Part shown: piece after piece, positions 24,900 through 37,350 of the stretch
Numbering within the stretch: the stretch's first letter is position 1
Layout of the letters: each line of letters opens with the position of its first letter
Assembly (NCBI RefSeq): GCF_004010195.1
Contig: NW_025215013.1
Location: forward strand, 16,137-58,655
Source of the DNA: Chiloscyllium plagiosum
Taxonomy: Eukaryota
DNA length: 42,519 nucleotides
Direction: 5' to 3'
Notes under the pieces: generated by a model
Seen by the model: the letters and a program-made list of their open reading frames with translations, nothing else
Told to the model about the DNA's origin: nothing
Databases searched by the model: none
Program-made: the position numbers and the translations under genes

Positions 24900-25200
24900 A
24901 ATTTATTATTATGAATCATACCACAATTGGGAAAGTACAGTCTGATTAAAACAAAGTCACCATGCTTTGACTAAAGGGAAATCTTGTTTGGCCAACTTCT
25001 TTTCAAGTGGTTTGACGAATCAGGGAGATGGGGAGTCCTGTGTATGATATATGCTTGGATGTTCAAAAGGTGCTACACGAAATGTAAATACTGAAGAGCT
25101 CAAGAAGTTTGTGATAAGTATCAGTATCAGTGGAGAATTGATTACTGGATGAGAAGCACAAGTATTCAGCTGATATTTTAAAAAGGCAACATGCCCCCTG
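24900..25200 (+). mobile_element. CR1 RT fragment
   Basis: TTTGACTAAAGGGAAATCTTGTTTGGCCAAC (KGKSCLAN) and TTGGATGTTCAAAAGG (LDxQK). Confidence 0.7.
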
Positions 25201-25404
25201 TCATTTTTAAATATGTTTCATTCTAACTTTATTTCATTTGTTAGAGAAGATCAGAATCTGAAATAACTCTAATAATGATGGAAATTTTACGTAGAGCCAA
25301 AGTTCCAGTTGCTTCAAAAGAAAAACGAAGCTTATTCACATAGATCAGAAGAGTCCTTAAAATATGTTTTGAATAACTTGATCTTGTACAAGCGTCAACA
25401 GATG

Positions 25405-25850
25405 TGAAGCGAGAAAAGCACAGCAGTTCAGACAGAATCCGAGGAGTACGAAAGTCAAATTTTCGGGTTGACATCCGTTGTCAGGACTGGGGAGGGTGCC
25501 CAGATGTAAATAGAGAGAGGGGATAGTGCTGGGTGATAGGCATAAATGGATGCATGTCGGGGTTTCTAGCGGTTGATCAGTTGGAAGGGGAGTTGAATAG
25601 GAAGATAGACAAGCTAGGTCAGGGAGGTGTTACCTAAGGTCGGGACTAGGGCTAGAGATCTGATAAGGCTGGGGGAAGAGAGATTTTGAAGCGGACAAGG
25701 ACAATTTTGAGGCCATTTAACTGTAGACTTCTCAAGTGAAATATCAGGTGTTGATCCCCTAGCTTTCACTTGTCCTCAGTCTGATAGTGGAGGAAGCCAT
25801 GAATGAACATGTCACTGGGGTAATTGGTGGGTGAATTGAACTATAAGGCA
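25405..25850 (-). mobile_element. Penelope-like element 3' end
   Basis: The minus strand reads ...KLGDQHLIFHLRSLQLNGL, like the KLEEQHLIFRLGxLQPxGLN C-terminus of Penelope GIY-YIG. A pyrimidine-rich tract and a decayed hammerhead follow at 25454-25488. Confidence 0.75.
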
Positions 25851-26309
25851 AACAGAGAAGAAGAAGCGAAGGGAATTAAGGCCTTCTATGTTGTGCCAGA
25901 AGTATAAATGATCTGCATGTGCATGGTGATGGCACAAAGTTGGCAGATGAAGTGAAGTTGGTGAATGCTGGTGTACGGAAAATGTGTTTTGAGAGGCTGT
26001 GGCACAAGTATTACACTCTAACAGGTAACTTTACAAACACCATAAACTTGAGAGTTTTATTTCAGTTCGCCCCCTAACCCCTTCCCACTGATTGCTGACT
26101 CCCCATATTGCTATATCCAGTTCATACCCAGTTAACTTTTCAATAATTCATCCATTGCTCATTGCCTCTCTGCATTAGGTCACAAATGTTCCTTCAGCAG
26201 ATTTTAGATAAAATAGGTTCCCCTCCTCTTTTTTTCAAAAAGTCAATTTATAGTAATAGAATGAAACTTTCAAAATAGTAAGATATTGTTATCCTATATA
26301 CTCCAAATT

Positions 26310-28050
26310 AAAACCTGACGACATTTCCATTGTTCTGTATCTGCATTAAAACTGCAATTTCGAACCTCATTTCCTTCTTTCAAATATTTTGGTGAATGTG
26401 CATTATCCCCTAGTGACTTGTAATCGATATAATAATCAATGGGTATTGCTGCTGAATCCCTTCTTGGATGTTCTTCTTATATTTGTAATTGGAAAAATGC
26501 CCTATCTCGTTCCTCACTGAGAATAACAGTGTTTCCTGTGAAGATACTTTGTATGACATTTCTGATAGTTTTAGCTTCCAAAATTATAAGGTAACATTTA
26601 TTTACCTTTTCCCAAGAAAAAGTTGGAGCCTCCTTGCCGTCGAAAACATCACAAAGATTTGCAGAAGAAGCACAGCTTTCAAGAAATTTCATGTTCCTGA
26701 CACCTCCCAGGCGGAATGTTTTTTTTCTAATGCTCCTGTCAATTTTTTTCATTGTTTACTCAAATATATGTTACCTTGGGATATGGTTATGAACAACACT
26801 GAGACTTGGCGTGTTTTGAGTGCACAGCTAATTCAGAGTTGCTCCATTTCAATCTTTTGGTAGTTGCTGCATCTCTTTGAACCCTAACTTTGACATTACG
26901 AGTGGAGCAAATGTTTTCCAAATGTGATTGCTGATGCACAGTGACATTTGATGGGTTCTGCATGGTATCCAATCCAATGTATTTCAGTGATGTGCAATTA
27001 TTATTTTCCAATATTTGAAAGCCTTGCACAGCCCTTTCTGTTGTTTAAACTCGTTTCTTTCTTTTAAATAATAAGTCATATCTGTCAGATTGAAATCAGT
27101 TTATTTTGGTGTTGCCGTAAATATTTTTAATCAGCTTATTCAGTCATGTTATGATGCAACTCTGGAACAGATGGGAACCAAACCCGGGTCCTTATTCCCA
27201 GAGGCAGGGACAGGAATACTGCACCATAAAGCTTACTGAATTCTTTCTTGACTTTAATTATCGACTTTCTGCCGGTATCGTTCAAATTCTCTTGTAAATG
27301 AAATCAGTGTTTGGTTCTTCCCAAGTTGGGAGCTGATCATTACCAATGGAACGTTTCGGATTCTGACCAAAATGTAAACGAGAGAGCTTATATTCTCCCA
27401 CGATTTACAATTATGTCTTAGCATGTGCAACTGTCTCCACTACGGATGACAAATTATAGTATTGTTGATGTGCCAATATTCATGAACATTTTTGTCCACT
27501 ACTGCATAGTTTATTTTACGTAAGCCAGTGCTAAAAGGGCTTTTTATTGCCATGCTCCGTCTTGGGGAAATGATGGCCTGTGTTATTGTCATTAGATGTT
27601 AAATGATACCCAGGTTGGTGGAAGAATTTGGAATTTGCATCCAACAAAAAAAATCTGAAACTTGAAGTCCAATGATAACCATAAGGCTTGTCAGAGAAAA
27701 AAAGACGAGTTCACGGATGTCCTTTCGGGAAGAAAGCTGCCTGTGATTACATGATCTGGCCTGACAATGACACCAGATTTTCTGTAATGTGATTGACACT
27801 TAACTGTCTAGAATTTAGAAAGTTAATGATTATCTGACTAATTTCTTCAAGTTATTAACGGAGATGAAGAGGGTACAGAAATGTAAACTATCCTCATTGT
27901 GTGGAGAATTCTAGAACATTGAAATGTAGGCATGTCTGCACACATAGGATGCGAGATGTTTGGGAGTCTGTTCCTCCAATGATGACAGTGCATCCTGGAG
28001 CTGTTAATTTGTACATTTGAGAAATAGATTTTAATTTTGTTCAGCAACTT
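26310..28050 (-). pseudogene. Degraded coding-like segment of an unidentified host gene, split by short inserts
   Basis: Minus-strand frames with sparse stops: ORFs 27847-28047, 26787-27029 and 26477-26752, plus MTITQAIISPRRSMAIKSPFSTGLRKINYAVVDKNVHEYW... at about 27595-27240. No TE motifs. Possible donor CAG|GT near 26314. Confidence 0.45.
27600..27810 (+). mobile_element. SINE-like repeat (family not assigned)
   Basis: TTCACGGATGTCCTTTCGGGAAG...CTGGCCT...CACTTAACTG, with an inverted homolog at 34100-34430. Confidence 0.55.
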
Positions 28051-28309
28051 TATTATGGGATATGGCTCAAAAACAGGTGTATGTCATAAAGCCGCAGATC
28101 ATCCATGATCTCATTGAATGGTGGGACAGGCTTCGGAGACTGAAAGTCTGAATCCTGTTCCGAGAGAGGACTGTTATATTTTTGCACTCGTTACGGACTA
28201 CCAGTTGTATACAGGTGAATGAGGAACAGTCTGATCAAGATTCTATGTCCATGTCTGCCGTTTTCCAGGAGATCATTAGCAAGATGAGGTTAAAATAATT
28301 GAAATTAGG

Positions 28310-29775
28310 TTGTGGATCAGTTGTAATTTAGCTTGCTGAACTGGTAGATTTGTCCTCAGATGTTTGGTCACCAAGCTGGATAACATAATCAATGATCTTC
28401 TGATGAAGGGCTGGTTTTCAGTCCCAGTTGCCATTTATCTGTATTGGTCTGTTGTAGGAGGTGATAGCGTTTCCAGTTATTTTTCTGAGAGGTTGGTAAA
28501 TGCGGTCCAAGTCGATATGTTTGTTACTGAAGTTCCAGTTTGAATGCCAGGGTTCTGTGCACGTCTTTGTTTAGACTGTTCGAGGTTCGATGTATAGCCC
28601 CCGTCGAGCAGGTGTCACTCTTCGTCTGTGTGTATGAATACTAATGATAGTTGGTCACTAATGATAGTTGGTGGCTGGTTGGTGCTCGTGTATCCTTATG
28701 TCTAGTCTCCTGCCCGCTTGTCCAATGTAACTTTGTTTGCAGTCCTTGCAGGCTATTTGATATGTTACGTTCTTTCTGCTGTTTGTTGGTATGCGGTCCT
28801 TAAATTTATCAGGAGCTATTTCAAAGCGAGGTTTGGTTTCTGGGCGACCATGTTTCTGAGGGGGAAAAAATAATCTGCTTGTCATCTCGGATATGTTCTG
28901 CATGTATGGCAGGGTGGATAGAGTGTCTGGGTGTGTTATTTCTTCGTGTTTAGGTATATTGTGTGGGGTTCGGCTTGTTGGGTACCTCTTGCACCTGAAT
29001 ACGTCGTACAGGTATTTCCTCAGATTCCTGGGTGTTCAAGTACGTTGTGGCTGGTTTACATAATGTTCTGCTGCAGCTCCATTTGGTGGGTTTGGGACCA
29101 TTGATCCTGCAGATGACTATCTGGTTAGTTGTGGTCTGTAGCTCTGCATCTGCCTTGTGTTCTACTGCGATGTCTCTGAAGGGGAGTCGGTTGTTGTTTG
29201 GATCCTCTTTGGTGAACTTGATACTGGTAAGGACGCTGCTTAAGTGTTTTTCGGTTTCTTTTACTTTGTTGCATTTTGTGATGACAAAGGTGTCGTCCAC
29301 ATAGCGAACCAAAGCTTGGGCTCGTTGGTTGGAAGGAATGCTCTTTTTAAACTCTACATAACTGCTTCTGCTATGAGTCCTTATATTGGTGATCTTATAG
29401 GCATGCCGTTGATTTGTTTGTAGATTTTGTCATTGAAGGTGAAATGCGTTCTGGGGCACAAGTCAACTTGTTGGAGGTTTCTGAGCTTGCTGGTGGAGTT
29501 GGTGCTTCCAGGTGTTTGTCTCCGTGGTTGTCCGCGCAGTTGGGTCAGTGTTTTCTTTGGCAAGGGTTAAGTCTGTTGATGTAAATAGCATCAGCACGTC
29601 AAAGGAAAATATTACCTCATTGTCGTCAACTTTTGTGGCTTTGACGTTAAGAAATCCCTGGGTGGAGTGGATGGAGTGGTTTCAGTCATTTACTACGTAT
29701 TTCAGTTTAGGATGCAGTTCCTTTGCTAATCTAAATGCCGATGTTCCGCAATGAAAGACTATGGTTCTGAGGGTA
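28310..29775 (-). mobile_element. Penelope-like retroelement (RT + GIY-YIG), frameshifted
   Basis: YKQINGMPIRSPI (GxPMGSP-like), RYVDDTF, and NVTYQIACKDCKQSYIGQAGRRLDIRIHEH (GIY-YIG). Decayed hammerhead at 28355-28397. Confidence 0.92.
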
Positions 29776-29789
29776 GTTGCGTGCTCGAC

Positions 29790-32700
29790 TTGCAGGATGT
29801 TGGAGATAAGGGTTACCACTGGTCTCCCTGCTGACTTGGTCTGCAAGAACTATACCCCCTTTCCGCATTAAGAAGTTGGAGCTGGATGAACTTCAGATCA
29901 TTCGGGAGGCTGAGGGGTGATAGAAAGAAGTTATCGGGCGGTAATCACACTTACATTATAGGGTAAAGGTATCTGGGTGAATGTCAGGCGAGGGAAACGG
30001 CAGACAGTGCAATGAACACCTGTGGCCATTCCCCTCAATAGTAAGTATACTGTTTTGGATAATGATTGTGGGTGGAGGGAACCTATCACGAGAAAGCCAC
30101 AGGTGCCAGGTTTCTGGCACTGAGCCTAGCTCTATGGCTCAGATCGGAAGGGAGAAGGGAATTGATAGGAGATTCAGCTGGGAGAGGAACGGACAGGGGA
30201 TTCTGTGGTCGTGAGCGAGTATGGAATGTTGCCTCCTGAGTGCTAGGTTCAAGGATGTCTCGGATCGAGTGTACAGAATATTGAAGAGGGAGGGAGAGCC
30301 GCTAGAAGTCGTGGGCGTACATTGGTACCAACGACGTAGGTAGGGATGGGGGAAGGAGACCTGAAAATAGAATATAGCGAAGTGAGATTGTACGCTATAA
30401 GGTAAGATAAGCAGAGTAGTAATCGCATGATTGTAACCACTACCATGCGCTTGTGAGGCGAGGAAGTCAGAGTAAGTGCAGATGAAAACGTGGTTGCAGA
30501 ACTGATCGAAGAGCGTGAGCATCAGATATGTAGTTGGTTTGGATACATTGTAGGGAAGCTGAGAGCTGCACAAGAAGGACTCGTTGCTTCCAACTGGTCG
30601 GCCAGTAAAATCCTGGGCGGGAGGTTTACTTGAGCTGTTTAGGAGGATTTAAACTAGATTTACAGTGGGTAGGATCAGATAATGGAGGAGTCAATAGACA
30701 GCCAGAACCACCGTGCAGAGAGTCTGTGGGAAAGAATAAGAACATTATTGGGGAAAGGGATAGTCGGTGTGATGGATGAAATTGTGAATATTTTAATGCA
30801 CAAGGTGTCAGGAATAAGGGTGATGAACTCCGGGCATGCATCAGTACTTGGAACTCTGATGCAGTGGCCATTGAAGAGACTTGGATATGACAGAGGCAGG
30901 AATGGTTGTTGGATGTTCCAGAGTTGAGATGTTTCAAAAGGACTGGGGATGAGTGCGTTAAAAGAGGTGGGGGAGTGGCATTGCTAACCACGGATAGTAT
31001 CACAGCTGCAGAAACGGAGACCATCGAGGTACATTTATGTACAGAGTCAGTATGGGTGAAGTAACAAACAGGAAAGGAACAGTCAACTATTGGGAGTTTT
31101 CTACAGGCCTCCCAATGAAAAAAGATACACGGAGGTGGAGATTGCGAAACAGATATTAGAACGTGCTGAATTAACAGCGTTTCTGTCATGGGTGAATTTA
31201 AGTTCCCTAGTATTGATTGAAATGTACTTACATTAAACAGTTTGGATTGAGCAGTTTTTTTTTCTTCAGGTGTGACCAGGAAGGTTTCTGAGCTCAACAT
31301 ATAGGTAGACCGACTAAAGAGAGGCCATATTGCATTTGCTGCTTGTTAACGAAGTATGCCTGGTGTCAGATCTCTCGATGGAAGAACATTTTGGTGATCA
31401 TGATCACAGATCCCTTCATTTACTTAATGGAGAGGGACAGGAGCAGCCGGTACGAGGAAGTAATTAAATGGGGGAGGGAGTTATGCAATGCTATTGGCAA
31501 GGAAATGGCGAACCTAAATTGGGAACAGATGTTCCCAGAGAAATGCACGACGGAAATGTGCAGATTCTTCAGGAAGCACTTGCCTATAGTGTTTGACAGG
31601 TTTATTGCGCTGAAGCAAGGAAAGGATGGTCGGTCGACCGACCTTTGAGAGAGAAAGAATATGGAACACTGAGTCAAAAGGTAGAAGGAAGCTTGCTTAA
31701 GGTTGAGGAGCCAATGATCGAAGAAGGCTATGGATGGTCACGTGGTACCCAAGAAGGAACTGAAGAATAGAACTAAGAGAGCTAGAGGTCGGTCCGAAAA
31801 AGCTTTAGGATTAAGGAAAGCACTAAGGCGTTGTAAATTTACATAAGAAAGAAGGGGGTGGCCAGAATGAGGATGGTACAAAACAAGGATAGCAGAGGGA
31901 ACTTGCGGCTGGAGTCAGAGGAGGTAAGTGAGGTACTTAATAAATAATTTATTTCAGTATTCACTACTGAGAGAGACTTTCACATCTCTGAGGACAGCTT
32001 GAACAGACTTATTTACTAGAACAGGCTATTTTCGGAAGAAGGATGTGCTGAAAATGTTGAAAACCATAAGAATAGATAAATTCCATAAGCCAGATGGGAT
32101 ATAATCTTGATTACGAGAGGAAGCAAGGGGAGAGATTGTTTTGCCTTTGGCGAATATCTTTGCGTCCTTCCTGTCCACCGGGTGATTAGAGAATAGCACT
32201 TGTCATTCCTTTTTTAATGAAAGTGAATATTTATAATCCTGAGAATTACAGACCAATCATTCTTTCGTCAGTGATGGACAAAATATTGGGGTTGTTTCTG
32301 AGAGACATGACGTATGATTATTTAGAAAATGATAGTTTGATTAAAGATAGTCAGCATGGTTGTGTGAGGTGAAGGTCATGTCTCACAGACCTTATTGATT
32401 TCTTTGAGGATGAGACAAATTATGTTGACGGGCGAACAGTGGATGTGGTCTATATGGATTGCATGAAGGCACTTTACAAGGTTCCCCGTGGTAGACTCAT
32501 TCAAGAAGTAAGAAGGCATGGGATATAGTGGCATTTGTCTGTCTTGATACAGATTTGTTGGTCCACAGAATGCAGAGGGTGGCGGAAGATGGAAAGTATT
32601 CATCCTGTAGCTCAGTGAACAGTGATATAGCGCAGGGATCTGTCTGGAACATCTATCTTTAAGATTTTTACAAATGACATGGATGAGAAAGTAAAGAGTG

Positions 32701-33502
32701 GATTAGTAAGTTTACCAATGACACGAAGTTTGTTGGAGTTGTGCTTACTGTGTAGGGCTGTTGTAGGTTGTTCAGGGGCATTGGCAGTATGCGGAACTGG
32801 GCAGATAAGTGGCAGATGGAGATCAACTTGGAAAAGTGTGAAGTCATTTTCCTTGCAAGGCCGAAATTCAATACACAATGCTGCAGCTCTGCAGCTGAAA
32901 CTTTATTGCTGGAACAGCACAGCAGGTCAGGCAGCATCCAGGGAACAGGAGATTCGACGTTTCGGGCACAGGCCCTTAGCACCTTGGTTAGACCACATTT
33001 AGAAAATGGTGCTCAGTTTTGTTTGCCTCATTACAGGAAAGTTGTGGAAGGTGCAGAGCAGACTTACCAGAATGCTGCCTGGAGGGGAGGGCATGTCTTG
33101 TAAAAAAAGTTTGAAGGAGCGAGGGCCTTTCTCATTTGAGCGAAGAAGGATGAGAGGTGACTCTGAGAGACATGGATAGAGTGGATAGCCAGAGACTTTA
33201 TTTTTCCCAGTGTAGAAATGCCCATCACGAGGGGACATAATTTGAAGGTGATTGGAGGAAGATTGAGGGGAGATGTCAGAGGTTGGTTCTTTACACAAAA
33301 CTTGATGAGTGGAATGCACGGCGGGCAGTTGTAGTAGAGTCAGATACCTTAGTGAACATTTAAGTGACTCTTGGATAGGCACATGGAAGATCGTACAAAG
33401 AAAGATAAGTAGGCTCGTCTCATGTTCTAGTTGGATAAAAGACCATGACTACATCAAGTGCTGAAGGGCTGGTACTATGCTTTACTGTTCTATGTTCTAT
33501 TT
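29790..33502 (+). mobile_element. Near full-length degraded CR1 LINE
   Basis: ORF1 esterase remnants (GFCGRER, VHIGTND at about 30200-30335), APE (GGGVAL, FYRPP), RT (NYRP, SQHG, RSCLTDL, LVRPHLE) and a TGTTCTATGTTCTAT tail at about 33486-33500. Confidence 0.88.
32880..32977 (-). mobile_element. Penelope terminal fragment inserted in a CR1
   Basis: The reverse complement GGGCCTGTGCCCGAAACGTCGAATCTCCTGTTCCCTGGATGCTGCCTGACCTGCTGTG matches 36231-36290. Confidence 0.85.
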
Positions 33503-33539
33503 AAACTGCTCACTCTGCTCCAGGTGTGCAATGACGTGA

Positions 33540-34660
33540 ACCTTATACAGTTACAGTTAAACGTCTTGCCTCTTTAACTTCAAACCTTTTGAAATGAGAG
33601 CCCACGTTCCATGAGCCGCCTTAGTTAACTGTTAAGCCTGAATTGCAAGTTTGTGTGTGTGTTCCATTTCCAAGACATTACTTTGTAAGTTTCTGAAGTT
33701 TATCTCCGTTTAAATTGCAATCGTCTCTTCTGTTCTGCATTCCAAAATGAGCAACTTCTATTTTTCCCACATCACACTCCATTTGACAGCTTTTTGCTCC
33801 ATTATTTAACCTATCAATATCTTTCTGAAATGTGTTTATTCCTCTCGCAAATTGCCTTTACCCTTTGTTAAAACCTGTCAATTTCCAGGACATTGGCTTT
33901 CTTCCTCCAAGGAGATATATAACTTGAAAAAGAACCCCTTAGCCCCACACTCTTCTTGCTGTCCAGTCCTCAATTCTCTTTCTATGCCAATATAATGTCA
34001 TCAAAACTTTGTTCCCCATAACTGCCTCGATTCCATTTGAAAGAGTCCATATTCATTTCGGCCTTTCTATATAGAAAACCCCCTTTTCAAACCTATTCAT
34101 TCACCCGTTGATGGCGTCACTGGCCAGGCCAGCATTTGTTACCCATCCCTTACGACCCAGTGGGCAGTTAAGCATCAACCACTGCTGTGGGTCTGGTATC
34201 AATGTTGGCCAGTCCAAGAGAGAAAGGTAGTTTCCTTCCCTAAAGGACATCGGTGAACCAGATGGCTTCTTTTAAGTCGTCAATCCACAATGGTGTAGTT
34301 GTCATCATTAGGCTTTGAATTCCAGATTTTAGTTTTGAATTGAGATCAAATTCCAACATACGCCAACAAATCCACAGAACACTATCTGGGTCTCTGGATT
34401 TATAGTCCAGCGATGATATTCCTCACTAGTTTCACCATGTTATTTACTTTCTCTCTCTTTACCTTTCTATCTCTCCTTCGCAGAATCGACTTGTTCTTAA
34501 CTTTTAACTTAACCTTTTGTGAGGTAACTTGTCGAATGCAATCTGGAAGTCCAAATACAATTTATATACCGCTAAGATTCTATCCAGTCCAGTTGAGACT
34601 TCCTGAAATTTATCAATTACTGCCACAGTTTTGTTATTCCATATTATCTTGATCACACAG
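33540..34660 (-). mobile_element. Degraded CR1 RT fragments with a nested SINE-like repeat (34100-34430)
   Basis: The minus strand at about 34510-34565 reads LYLDFQIAFDKLPHKRL. WQMECDVGK-like remnant at about 33770-33790. Confidence 0.65.
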
Positions 34661-34849
34661 GCCAATGGGCCAACGAATACCAGGTGAGGTTTGGATAAGT
34701 GCGAGGTGCTGCATTTTGATTCGGGAAAACAGGTCGGGACTTGTACAGTTAATAGTAGCGTTCTGGGAAGTGTTCCCGAAATGAGAAACCGAGAGGTGTA
34801 TGTTCACATTTCCTTGAACGTTCAGTCGAGTGGACAGGGTGCTGAAGGG

Positions 34850-36350
34850 TGCTGAGTCCAGAGTGAGATGCTGTAACAGCAGAGCAAGTCAGGGAGCATC
34901 TGAGTAGGATGCGAAACGATGTTTTAGGCATAAGCACTTCATCAGGAATGAGACTTGTGGGCTGGGGGCTGAGAGATAACTCGGAGGAGTGGGTTGAGGG
35001 GGAATGTCGCTGAGAAAGCGCACTGGCACCACGCTCCCCCTTTTCCTCTGCTGCATCGATAATTGTATTGGCGCTACCTTGTGCTCCCACGAGGAGGTTT
35101 AACAGGTCATCCACTTTACTTACACCTTCCACCCCAACGTCAAATTTATCTGGACCGTCTCAGACTCCTCCCTCCCCTTCCAATACCTCTCAATTTCTAT
35201 CTCAGCTACACTGGCACCACGCTCCACCTTTTCCTCGGTACATCAATAATTGTATTGGCGCTACCTTGTGCTCCCACGAGGAGGTTTAACAGCTCATCCA
35301 CTTTACTTACACCTTCCACCCCAACGTCAAATTTATCTGGACCGTCTCAGACTCCTCCCTCCCCTTCCAATACCTCTCAATTTCTATCTCCGTCGACCGA
35401 CTCAACACAGACATTTACTGCAAACCGACCGACTCCCACAGAAACCTACATTACACCTCCTCCCACACTGCCCCCTTTTAAAACGCCATCCCACAGTCCC
35501 AATTCCTTCGCCTCTGCCGCATCTGCTCCCAGGAGGACCAATTCCACTACCGAACTACCCAAATGCCCTCCTTCTTCTAAGACCGTAAATTCTCCTCGGA
35601 CGTGGTCTACAATGCTCCCCACCGCATCTCCTCCACTTTCCACACCTCCGCCCTCGAACTCCGCCCCTCCAATCTCCACCACGTCAGAACACCACTGGTC
35701 CTCACCTTCCACCTCACCAACTTCCGGATGCATTGTATCATCCTCCGTCATTTCTGCCACCTCCAATCAGACCCCATCACCAGAGATATATTTCCCTCCC
35801 CACCCCATCAGCGTTCTGGNNNNNNNNNNNNNNNNNNNNNNNNNNNNNNNNNNNNNNNNNNNNNNNNNNNNNNNNNNNNNNNNNNNNNNNNNNNNNNNNN
35901 NNNNNNNNNNNNNNNNNNNNNNNNNNNNNNNNNNNNNNNNNNNNNNNNNNNNNNNNNNNNNNNNNNNNNNNNNNNNNNNNNNNNNNNNNNNNNNNNNNNN
36001 NNNNNNNNNNNNNNNNNNNNNNNNNNNNNNNNNNNNNNNNNNNNNNNNNNNNNNNNNNNNNTCTTGACCTGCAATCTTCTTCCTGACCTCTCCGCCCCAC
36101 CCCTCTCCGGTGTATTACCCTCACCCTCACCTCCTTCCACCTATCATATTCCCAGCGCCCCTCCACCAAATTCCTTCCTCCCCTCATTTTATCTCAGCTC
36201 GCTTGGCACACCAGCCTCATTCCTGAAGAAGGGCTTATGCCCGAAACGTCGATTCTCCTGCTCCTCAGATGCTGCCTGTCCTGCTGTGTTTATCCAGCAT
36301 TACAGTTATCATCTCTAGTCTCCAGCATCTGCAGTCCTCACTTTATCCCT
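34850..36350 (+). mobile_element. Penelope-like element with inverted terminal segment, internal 187-bp duplication and an assembly gap
   Basis: RT remnant RYINNCIGA (decayed YIDD), KPTDSH..LHYTSSH and IPxSQFLRLxRICS. The 3' terminus at 36062-36350 has an inverted copy at 34850-35020. Confidence 0.88.
36219..36254 (+). ncRNA. Minimal type I hammerhead ribozyme motif (Penelope-associated)
   Basis: ATTC-CTGAAGA-A-GGGC-TTAT-GCCC-GAAA-CGTC-GATT: CUGANGA core, 4-bp stem II, GAAA, palindromic ACGU stem III and GUC cleavage triplet. Stem I has one mismatch. Confidence 0.8.
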
Positions 36351-36750
36351 GTGCTGACCCTCAGAATAACATGTCAACCTGAACCCCCACGAGAATTTTC
36401 CATGCCTATCCGGTAATATCACATTTCCCATGGCAAATTCACCAAGCGTGTACATCCCTGGACACTAACGCTCAGTGGATAGTCCTGCTGCCTCACAGTG
36501 CCAGGTCAGTTCACATGAGAAAATCCTGAGCACAGACAATAAACCAATTATCTGAGCAGTTCCTTCCTTGCAGAGCGTTTTTCTTTTCCAACTTTCTCAT
36601 TCAAGTCTGTTCTCTGGGGTTAGCACAGCACCAGAGACCCGGGTTTGATTCCAACCTGGGACAACTCTCTGTGTGGAGTTTGCACATTCTCCCTGTGTTT
36701 TTATGGGTTTTCTCCGGTGCTCCGATTTTCTCCTACAGTCCAAAGCTGTG
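36350..36750. mobile_element. V-SINE/HE1-like fragments in both orientations
   Basis: GCTCAGTGG...CTGCTGCCTCACAGTGCCAGG at about 36470 and GTGTGGAGTTTGCACATTCTCCC...CAGTCCAAAG at 36671-36745. Confidence 0.75.
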
Positions 36751-37350
36751 CTTAAATGTCCCCAATGGCTCTGCTTCCAGCACCACAGCTGGCAATGCAT
36801 TCCATTTATGCATAACTCTCTGTGTAAAGAACCTACCTCTGACATCTCCTTCATTCCTTCCTCCTAATATCTCAAACTATGAGACCTCGTACCAGTCAAT
36901 CCTGCCCTGGGGAAAAGACTCCGGCTATTGACTCGGTCTATTGATCTCATTATTTTTTACACCACTATCAGGTCTCCTCTCTTCCCCCTTCTCTACAGAG
37001 AGAAATGTCCGATCCGATTCTTCCTGTCTTCATAAGGCAAGCCCTCCAGTCCAGGCAGCATCCTGGTAAACCTTCTTTGCACTCTCTCCAAAGCCTCTTA
37101 TATTTGCGATAGTAAACCGACGAAAACTGGACACACAATTCCAAGTGTGATCTCACCAGGGACTTGTCGAGCTGCAGCAAAACCTCGCAGCTTTTAAACT
37201 CGATGCCCCTGTTAATGAAAGCTAAAACACCACATGCTTTCTTCACAACACTATCCACTCGAATGGAAACTTTGAGGGATCCATGTCCGTGCACACCCAG
37301 ATCCCTCTGTTTCTCCACACTGCCAAGAATCCCGTGTTTAATCGTCTATG
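36750..37350 (-). mobile_element. CR1 ORF2 3' fragment
   Basis: ORF 36968-37318: QRDLGVH...VVKKACGVLAFINRGIEFKS...LVRSHLELCVQF. Confidence 0.9.

Noticed and set aside
30626..31300. 224-aa minus-strand ORF
   Set aside because: Antisense to the CR1 endonuclease region.
35063..36318. Long Pro/Ser/Thr-rich ORFs
   Set aside because: Off-frame reads of a C-rich Penelope, extended by an N gap.
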